DNA of 64,000 bases. Origin: Candidatus Latescibacterota bacterium. Lineage in GTDB: Bacteria; Latescibacterota; UBA2968; UBA8231. The notes below the pieces were generated by a model. The model was given only the letters and a program-made list of their open reading frames with translations. It did not search any database and had not been told where the DNA came from. Each line of letters opens with the position of its first letter. The first letter of the stretch is position 1. The position numbers and the translations under genes were made by a program. Of the stretch, positions 57,109 to 64,000 are shown in pieces. Location: contig OZ242005.1 in NCBI GenBank assembly GCA_965204725.1, positions 3,456,001 through 3,520,000 of the forward strand, in the 5' to 3' direction.

Positions 57109-58818
57109 ATGAGCATTGGATTGGCTGCGACAAAAGAAGGGCTGGTTTGCTGCTGGGCTGCGACGGCACTTGTCGGGCTAATAGCTGTCGATTCGTGGGC
57201 GGTGAATTCAGCCGTGCTGGCCAGAGTCGGGAGCGAGGTCATTCTGGTAGATGACTTGCTTCGCGCCGAGCGCAATATGCGTCGTTTTGCAGCGGGTAAT
57301 GCGCGGGAAATGCTACAGCCTTTTATCGATCGCAAGCTGCTGGTCTTAGAGGCTAGGGCGAAGGGTTTGGATCAGCACCCCGACGTAGTCGCAAGCGTAC
57401 AACAGGTGCGTGACCGGAGACTAGTCGAGCGTTTGTACGGGGAAGTCACGGGGGATGTCTCTATATCGGAAGAGGAGCTTTGGTCGTATTTCCACCAGAG
57501 CGGCTCGCACAAAAAGCGGGAGATGCGGGCGAGTCACATTCAGGTAGGCAGCCTCGAAGAAGCCCGGGCCGTGCAAGAGCAACTGCGGCAAGGGGCCGAT
57601 TTTGCAGTACTGGCGCGTCAGCAGTCCCTCGATCGCTCATCGGCGGCCGAAGGGGGAGATATGGGTTTCTGGCAGGAGGAAGAAGCACAGCACAGCGGGT
57701 TTGTCGCCGAGCTTTTTCGCTTACAGGTCGGCCAAGTGTCCGAACCGTACCTTAATCCGCAGGGAACCTACCACCTGATCAGGGCCGATGAAGAGCGCTC
57801 CGTCGGTTTTGAGCGTCAAAAGAGGACGTTGCGCCAAACGCTGGAAAAGCAGCAAAAAAAAGACCGCTGGGCCAACTACTTAGCCGACCAGAAAACGCAC
57901 TTTGGTTTTTCAGTCGATGCACCGGTATTGGGCGTATTGCTGCAGCGGGGGCGATTGGCTGAAGGCGGTGTGCCTGTGCTAGAAGCAGGCGACCACGCAC
58001 GCATCCTGCTGCGCTATCGCGGAGGGCACCTCGACCTGAACGCGTACATGGCTTTGGTAGAGGAAGCCGAACCCAAGCGTCGTCCCCACGCCATAGACAG
58101 CACCGCCGTGGTCGAATTTGCCCAAGACGAAGTGCTGCGCAAAATCCTGCTGCCTCTGTTGGCCCAGCAACGGGGATTGGACCGCGAGCGGGCTATGGTT
58201 CAGTACGTGCGGGATAAGCGCGAAGAAGCCATGGCCGAGATGCTGCGGCGCACGGAAGTAGAATCGCGCTTCGTCACCGAGGACCAGCGGCGCACTCTAT
58301 ACGAGGATCTAGCAGAAGAATTCACGCTGCCGATGCACACATTTTTTGCTGGAGCACTAGTCGATTCGGAAGCGGCTTCGCGCACCATTGCCCGGCGCGT
58401 ACGCGCCAGTGAGGATATGGCCGAGGTCATGCGCGAGTATCCGGCATTCAACGGGCGCGTACGTCAGTTCGACATATTCAACTTCGCGCTTGCTGACACA
58501 GCAACCGCCCAAGGTGCTATGGCTACCATGATCCAAGCCGTGCGGGGCATGCCGGTTGGCGGCATCAAGGGGCCGCTCCCTATTCAGTTGAGCGGCGATA
58601 CGACGGGCTACCTCGTCCTCGAAGTGCTGGCGATGCGCCCGGAAAAGGTCCTCTCTTTTTCGGCCCCCAAGGTGCAGTCTAGAATATGGCGTCAATTGCG
58701 CTACGCCCACCGGCATGCGATTGAAGAAAACTTTGATCGCTATCTAGATGAGTTGAGGCATAAGTACAGGGCTGAGGTCGTTATCGACGAACAGGCCCTG
58801 TCTAACTTGGAGAAGTAG
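57109..58818 (+). CDS. PpiC/SurA-like peptidyl-prolyl isomerase chaperone
   Basis: ASHI.V, GADFA.LA...S.D.....GGDMG, G.VSEP, G.YHLI; second degenerate domain. Confidence 0.82.
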   Translation: MSIGLAATKEGLVCCWAATALVGLIAVDSWAVNSAVLARVGSEVILVDDLLRAERNMRRFAAGNAREMLQPFIDRKLLVLEARAKGLDQHPDVVASVQQVRDRRLVERLYGEVTGDVSISEEELWSYFHQSGSHKKREMRASHIQVGSLEEARAVQEQLRQGADFAVLARQQSLDRSSAAEGGDMGFWQEEEAQHSGFVAELFRLQVGQVSEPYLNPQGTYHLIRADEERSVGFERQKRTLRQTLEKQQKKDRWANYLADQKTHFGFSVDAPVLGVLLQRGRLAEGGVPVLEAGDHARILLRYRGGHLDLNAYMALVEEAEPKRRPHAIDSTAVVEFAQDEVLRKILLPLLAQQRGLDRERAMVQYVRDKREEAMAEMLRRTEVESRFVTEDQRRTLYEDLAEEFTLPMHTFFAGALVDSEAASRTIARRVRASEDMAEVMREYPAFNGRVRQFDIFNFALADTATAQGAMATMIQAVRGMPVGGIKGPLPIQLSGDTTGYLVLEVLAMRPEKVLSFSAPKVQSRIWRQLRYAHRHAIEENFDRYLDELRHKYRAEVVIDEQALSNLEK

Positions 58819-58972
58819 CGGCTCTGCGTTTCCACGCACGGACGAGCCATATTTCCCTACTCTAAAATGCGGAAGGAGGTGAATGAGTACAGCATTTGCA
58901 ACGGCAAGAAGTAGAGAAGAGCAACATCTCTATTCTCTCACAATCTCTACCCTATCAGCTAAGGAGCAAAAG

Positions 58973-59899
58973 ATGCACAAGAACACACTCGTAGCAGCCA
59001 TGTTATCCGTGGCACTAGCGAGCTTCGCTTGGGGGCAGTCCAATGCCAACCTCATTGGCTACTTCGCCTTAGAGGTGCCTGCTGATGTCACCATCGCCAT
59101 TGATGGCGACGACAGCGACTGGGCGTGGTTCGACGACAATTTCACCGTTGGTCCCGACGAGATGTACGAAATCCAGAAGGCCGAAGTACTGGACAAGAGC
59201 GACCTCGACGTGGCCATCATGACGGCGTGGACGGGCACGGACCGCGACAACAAGCTCTACGGATTTGTCCGCGCCACCGACGACACCCTAGTCGTCACCT
59301 CGGATGTCTTTGACGATGGCTGGCGCGACGACGATCTCGAGATCATCACCGATGCCAATGCCAGCGGCGGTCCGCACGACGGCGATGGCGAGGCGGGGAC
59401 GCGCGCCGAAGGGCAGCAGTTTACCATGCACTTGCCGGTCCCTGGGATCTATGAAACGCCCTATGGCGGCGACGGCTCGTGGTGGTTGCGCTGGCAGGTA
59501 GTCGAGGAAATCCACTGGATGGACGAATTCGCCGAATCCAGAGTGACGACCAATCCTCCGGGAGCGACCACGGGTTCGACCAACGTCACGGTCAACTACG
59601 AGTACAGCATTCCCCTCTGGGATTACGCGTCGTTGGACGGTCCAGATAACAGCATCCGCCACGAAAACGAGGCTGGGCAGATCATTCGCCTGACCTATCA
59701 GTTGAACGAAGCGGATAATCCCGAAGACCGCCGCACGCATCAGTTGGCAACCGCCGGCGAGGATGGCGCTTCGGGTAACTGCGATGTTTGCTCGGAATAC
59801 ACGCTGCTTGGCGCAGACGAGTACGATCGCGCCGACGGCGGGGGCACCTCAGTAGAATCCGAGAGCTGGGCAAAAATCAAAGCGACCTTCAGCGACTAA
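58973..59899 (+). CDS. secreted acidic protein (CBM9/DOMON-like) with C-terminal SWAKIK motif
   Basis: AAGGAG RBS, signal peptide, I.IDG..SDW, DD......W.DD.LEI..D, YEYSIP; ends SVESESWAKIKATFSD. Confidence 0.75.
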   Translation: MHKNTLVAAMLSVALASFAWGQSNANLIGYFALEVPADVTIAIDGDDSDWAWFDDNFTVGPDEMYEIQKAEVLDKSDLDVAIMTAWTGTDRDNKLYGFVRATDDTLVVTSDVFDDGWRDDDLEIITDANASGGPHDGDGEAGTRAEGQQFTMHLPVPGIYETPYGGDGSWWLRWQVVEEIHWMDEFAESRVTTNPPGATTGSTNVTVNYEYSIPLWDYASLDGPDNSIRHENEAGQIIRLTYQLNEADNPEDRRTHQLATAGEDGASGNCDVCSEYTLLGADEYDRADGGGTSVESESWAKIKATFSD

Positions 59900-59923
59900 C
59901 CGAACGGTCCTTTGACCACAGAC

Positions 59924-59955
59924 TGGGCGGCGGCAGATACCGCTGCCGCCGCCCA
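59924..59955 (+). terminator. 13-bp intergenic stem-loop without a U tract
   Basis: TGGGCGGCGGCAG/CTGCCGCCGCCCA. Confidence 0.5.
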
Positions 59956-60005
59956 ATAACCACCAGTGCAATATGCACTTTGTCACCCTTCCCGAGAGTA
60001 ACGCG

Positions 60006-60737
60006 ATGATGCGGTTCGGTTCGTGGCTTTGTTCCCTAGCGATGTTGGCAGGATGTGGACGTTATTTCGACGGGCCAATTCAGCCCGCTCCACAGGGACA
60101 GCAGGAGGCCGACATGGTCGTTAAAGACGACGGCTTGATCACCTATTCTTTCGAGCGTCTGGAGATCGGTCTGCGCCCCATGACCGACGCCGAATTGAAC
60201 CGCAAATTCCCCCAGCAATCCACGCAGGGGCCTGTATCGACCAATCCCTATACTTTCGGCAACTGGCAGCGCATGGGCGACGAGTGGACCCCGCCCAAGC
60301 ACAGCGTATGGCTGCTAAAAGTTAAAAACTATGCTTACCCCAAAGTCGGCGTCGATCCCCTCAAAATTGAGCTGATTTCAAAGGATGGGTATCGCAAGTA
60401 CGCGCCTTTAGAACCGCTACAGATTCTGGAATACTACTATTCGTTTATTCAGGGATATGCCGGCAACGAATACCGGCGCTTTAACGAGCGCGAAGACGTG
60501 CTCGGGCGCACCATGTTTCAGGAGCAGATCGTCTTCAGCGGCCAAGAGGCCGAGGGTTTTGTCGTTTTTCCGAGCTTGGCTCCCGACGTGACGGAGTTTT
60601 CCATCCGCGTCAGTGACATTGCATTGCGATACAATTATCGCAACGAGCCGGTCGAGACCAAGGAGCTAACCTTTCACTTTCAGCGCGAGGTGTTTAAGGG
60701 GTTTCAGCCACCGCCCGAACTAGTGAATAGGCCATGA
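60006..60737 (+). CDS. lipoprotein, unknown function
   Basis: LAGC lipobox; ATGA overlap with the next gene. Confidence 0.75.
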   Translation: MMRFGSWLCSLAMLAGCGRYFDGPIQPAPQGQQEADMVVKDDGLITYSFERLEIGLRPMTDAELNRKFPQQSTQGPVSTNPYTFGNWQRMGDEWTPPKHSVWLLKVKNYAYPKVGVDPLKIELISKDGYRKYAPLEPLQILEYYYSFIQGYAGNEYRRFNEREDVLGRTMFQEQIVFSGQEAEGFVVFPSLAPDVTEFSIRVSDIALRYNYRNEPVETKELTFHFQREVFKGFQPPPELVNRP

Positions 60738-62641
60738 TGGCTTCCTTTCGACAAACCGCTTTGGTCGGGCTGATCTTGTCGTTCTGCATTAGACCAGCGG
60801 AACTGCGAGCCGATGTCTGGGGAGTCGGCTTGGGTGGACAAGCCTGGGAGGAGCCGGCGCAGACTATGGCGGGGGTAGTCGTAGGTTCAGGACAGGTACT
60901 AGGGCCGGCCAGCTTTTCGCTCGATCAAAACATAACTCAGTTCATCGTCTGGGGGGTCGGCGCGCCCAGCAGCTTTATCGCCGAAGGCAACGGACGGGTG
61001 TGGAACAATTCGGCGCTGGGCATTGAGGGGTCTGAGGTTCTGGTCGATGGGGATGGCACGACCAGCACGGAAAACCGCTTTAAGGAAGTGGGGGTCAATC
61101 AGCGCGGACGCATTTTTTTTCTCGATCTCGGGGCTTCGTTTCCAGTTAGTCAAGTTGTTTTTTACCCCCGTGAAGGAGAGGATGAGTTCGTCGCCGGCTA
61201 CGAAATATCGCTCAATAACGGGCGCACTTTCGACGCCAATGACTCGCCCGTTTACGAGGCCGTGCGCCAAGTGACAATTAACCGCGATCCAAGAGTGGAT
61301 GCGCGCTTCCCGACGCAACTGGTGCGCTTTATTCAGCTCAGAGTGCTTTCACCCAACCCCTTTGAACTGGCGGAAATCGAGGTCCACGGCGAAGGCTTCG
61401 TGCCGCGTGGGCTCTACGAAACCCAGCTCATCGAGTTTGCCCAGTCTGTCAACTATGGCGCATTGACTTTTCGGGCGCGCAAGGTTTCGCTGTCTGAGGA
61501 AAGAGAAAGCAGCGCGGGGGCCGATGAGCCAGTACGGGCGATCGTGCAGATGCGCAACGGCATCGACGAAACGCCTCTCGACTACTACCAAATCGCCGAC
61601 GTAGAGACTCAGTCGGAAGTGCTGGTCAGCAAAGAAGAGTACGACGATCTACCGTCGATCATCAAGGGCAGCATTCGCCCAGACGCCACCCACTGGTCCG
61701 CTTGGACGGAGCCTCTCATCGCCGACTCCAGCGGCACGTACTCCATGCCGCTGGATCTACCGGGGCCGCGCGATTTTTTTCAAGTGCGCCTGCGCTTTGA
61801 GGGCAATACCTCCGCGAGCATGCAGGTCGATAGTTTGGCCATCGTACATACGCCGCCGCTGGCCGCGCTGGCATTGAGCGAAGTAGCCCTATTGGATGAT
61901 CCCTTTCCGGTCGGTGGGCGCGCGTCCGTTCCGGCCGGTCGGGATACGGTTTTTACCTACGACATAAAGGCCGACTTAGGCGACGGAACGGGCTTTGACG
62001 GCGTGCGCATCTCAACGCTGAGACAGCCCGAGTTTCTCAAACTGGAAATGGGGGACGAACTGGCGGAAACACCGCCGGATAGCGTGCGCTTAGACGATAC
62101 AGGTTTGCGCGTCTATTTCCCGTCCCGGCGCATTAGCACCGGAGAAGATGTGCGTCTGCGGATTACGTTTCGCTCGCAGGCCCTGCTGTTTGCCACCCAG
62201 TTTACGGGACAGCTTCTCGATACGACCGGCAGCCTTCCCCAGCGCATTGCCGAGGGCGACGCAACGCGGGAAGTGGGCACGGATTCGCAAGAGGTGATTT
62301 TTCGCGCCAGCGGCGAAAGCGTGTTGCAGTCCTTTTCCGTTTCCCCGCCGGTCATAACGCCCAACGGCGATGGCATAAACGATTCGTCCGTATTCTCCTT
62401 TGTGCTCATCCACTTGGTGCAGCCCGCCGCGGCCGAACTGCTCGTGTACGATCTTTCGGGTCGATTGATAAAAAACGTGCTCTCCGATGCGCTGACCGCC
62501 GGGCGTTATACCGAATGGCACTGGGACGGAACGAACAATGCCGGCGATCCGGTGCCACCGGGGACCTATATCGCCAGAGCGGCGGTCGAGGCGGCAGCCG
62601 ACGCAGTCAATCGCACGCGCCTGATTCACGTGGCCTACTAG
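60734..62641 (+). CDS. secreted protein with discoidin-like domain and FlgD-Ig/T9SS-like C-terminal domain
   Basis: Signal peptide; LVDGD, LDLG, ELAEIEVHG; ITPNGDGIND, VYDLSGR, WDG....G..VPPGTY, ends IHVAY. Confidence 0.8.
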   Translation: MMASFRQTALVGLILSFCIRPAELRADVWGVGLGGQAWEEPAQTMAGVVVGSGQVLGPASFSLDQNITQFIVWGVGAPSSFIAEGNGRVWNNSALGIEGSEVLVDGDGTTSTENRFKEVGVNQRGRIFFLDLGASFPVSQVVFYPREGEDEFVAGYEISLNNGRTFDANDSPVYEAVRQVTINRDPRVDARFPTQLVRFIQLRVLSPNPFELAEIEVHGEGFVPRGLYETQLIEFAQSVNYGALTFRARKVSLSEERESSAGADEPVRAIVQMRNGIDETPLDYYQIADVETQSEVLVSKEEYDDLPSIIKGSIRPDATHWSAWTEPLIADSSGTYSMPLDLPGPRDFFQVRLRFEGNTSASMQVDSLAIVHTPPLAALALSEVALLDDPFPVGGRASVPAGRDTVFTYDIKADLGDGTGFDGVRISTLRQPEFLKLEMGDELAETPPDSVRLDDTGLRVYFPSRRISTGEDVRLRITFRSQALLFATQFTGQLLDTTGSLPQRIAEGDATREVGTDSQEVIFRASGESVLQSFSVSPPVITPNGDGINDSSVFSFVLIHLVQPAAAELLVYDLSGRLIKNVLSDALTAGRYTEWHWDGTNNAGDPVPPGTYIARAAVEAAADAVNRTRLIHVAY

Positions 62642-62665
62642 CCCATCAAACGCGGGAAACTGAGC

Positions 62666-64000
62666 ATGAAGCACATCGCGGCACTCGCTCTTTTGCTCTC
62701 GGCCCCTTGGTTTGCAGAAGCACAGATAGAGCGCTTGGTGCTGGGCACAGGAGACAACGGCTGGGAAGACCTAGCGGCGTTGATGGGCGGTATGTGGGTC
62801 GTGGACGGCAGCTTGCAGCCCTACGAATTGGATCCAGCGGTCAATATCGCGCTGGGCGAGAAGAAGGGCAGCTCGCGCACCGATGTCTTCGGCAACGTCT
62901 GGGGAGGAGAGCGGGCCGGGCCGCAGGCCGCACGCCTGATTCCCGGCCAGCCCGAGGTCTTGGGTGACAACGGCTTTCAACAGACCGTGGACGGCGACAC
63001 AACCCGGTCCGTGGCCATTGTCTCCGGCTATTATTACTACAACCTAGGTTGGGAATTGCCCATCAAACGCATCCGCTTTTTTCCCCCAGCCGAAGGGCGC
63101 ACTCAGACCGATGATCGCAAGCGGATCACGCCGGGCCTACCGCTCAAAAACGCCTATCCCAAAATTTATGAGGTTTGGGCTGCAATGGATGGAGAGCGCT
63201 TTAAGCAAGGGCAGTTCGACCTTTTACTAGAGCAGAATCTCAACCAAACCACGCGCATTGCCAATGCTCGTTTTCCCACCCAGCCCTTGCAGTTCATTTT
63301 CCTAAACTTCCCGGAACTAGGCGTCATTGCCGAGGTGGAGTTTTATGGCGAGGGCTTTGTGCAAAAATCGCAATACATCTCCAAGGTGATCGACATCGGC
63401 GAGCCGGTCAACTTCGGGCGGGTCATACCTTATTTCAACGGGTTCGCCAAAAAAGGCATCGACAGCGACCCCGAACTTTTGGCAGAAAATCCCATCTCCT
63501 TTGCGCTGGAAACCCAGACCGGCCGGGACGATACGCCACATATCTATACCATATACACCGAGCTGAGGACCGAACGCGAAGTAAGTTTTGCCAAATGGGA
63601 TAGAGCACCGCGCGACGATTATGTGCGCCCAGGGGCCCGGGGACCGGAGCGGCCCGACGTGGACAACTGGAGCTTCTGGTCGGTGCCGCAAAAAACGTCT
63701 GACGGCGAGGCCATAGCGACCCTTTCGCCGGATAATCGGCAGTACCTCAAAATCAACTTCACGATGGAGAGCGAGGATTTGTTCACCTATGGCCGGATGG
63801 ATTCGCTGGTCGTAGAATACTCGCCTTTGCTGGTCGATGCGGTCGTCGGGGAGGTCGCATTACAGGACGAACCACAGCCGCTTGGGCGCAAGACGGAAGT
63901 GCCCTTGGGCGAGGAGCGCGTTTTCACGTTTGACGTGCGGGCCAATTTTGAGGCGGCGACCAAGTCGGGCTTTGACGCTTTAAGGCTGCAAACCCCGGCC
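62666..64000 (+). CDS. secreted paralog of the preceding gene, partial (runs off the right edge)
   Basis: Not in the ORF track. MKHIAALALLLSAPWFAEA...; IAEVEFYGEGFVQKSQYISKVIDIGEPVNFG aligns with LAEIEVHGEGFVPRGLYETQLIEFAQSVNYG. Confidence 0.8.
   Translation, partial: MKHIAALALLLSAPWFAEAQIERLVLGTGDNGWEDLAALMGGMWVVDGSLQPYELDPAVNIALGEKKGSSRTDVFGNVWGGERAGPQAARLIPGQPEVLGDNGFQQTVDGDTTRSVAIVSGYYYYNLGWELPIKRIRFFPPAEGRTQTDDRKRITPGLPLKNAYPKIYEVWAAMDGERFKQGQFDLLLEQNLNQTTRIANARFPTQPLQFIFLNFPELGVIAEVEFYGEGFVQKSQYISKVIDIGEPVNFGRVIPYFNGFAKKGIDSDPELLAENPISFALETQTGRDDTPHIYTIYTELRTEREVSFAKWDRAPRDDYVRPGARGPERPDVDNWSFWSVPQKTSDGEAIATLSPDNRQYLKINFTMESEDLFTYGRMDSLVVEYSPLLVDAVVGEVALQDEPQPLGRKTEVPLGEERVFTFDVRANFEAATKSGFDALRLQTPA

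Noticed and set aside
1174-63691. Numerous short overlapping or antisense ORFs
   Set aside because: Shadow frames of GC-rich genes, mostly Arg/Pro/Ala-rich, with no motifs or RBS.

Overview
Mostly GC-rich chromosomal DNA from a diderm bacterium. The PorX-TsaE linkage, FlgD-like C-terminal domains, short ParE/ParC, SWxxIK-terminated secreted proteins and an internalin-like LRR lipoprotein suggest an FCB-group organism, possibly a Latescibacterota-like host-associated lineage (inference only). Core content: parE-parC, a sigma-70 factor, arfB, rpsR, rpsU, a cold-shock gene, frdABCD, glyA, glk, sugar-acid catabolism enzymes and a large envelope cluster (Omp85, FadL-like barrel, kinase-PorX-TsaE, bactofilin). 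Accessory content: (i) a low-GC glycosyltransferase cut by the left edge; (ii) a low-GC BanI-like restriction enzyme with an amino-methyltransferase; (iii) a 15-21.5 kb island with an LRR lipoprotein, a QEPEE-repeat secreted protein bracketed by two copies of a promoter-driven structured RNA, a dif-like site, an orphan MTase and a TonB-dependent receptor; (iv) three near-identical coiled-coil/TM genes with modular 7/11-residue stalks and duplicated divergent-promoter cassettes; (v) a secreted-protein operon at the right edge. Best candidates for something undescribed are the duplicated C4/CI-like RNA cassette, the SWxxIK C-terminal signal and the modular coiled-coil array. I saw no tRNA, rRNA, CRISPR array, transposase or integrase. 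All family assignments come from motif recognition, not database searches.
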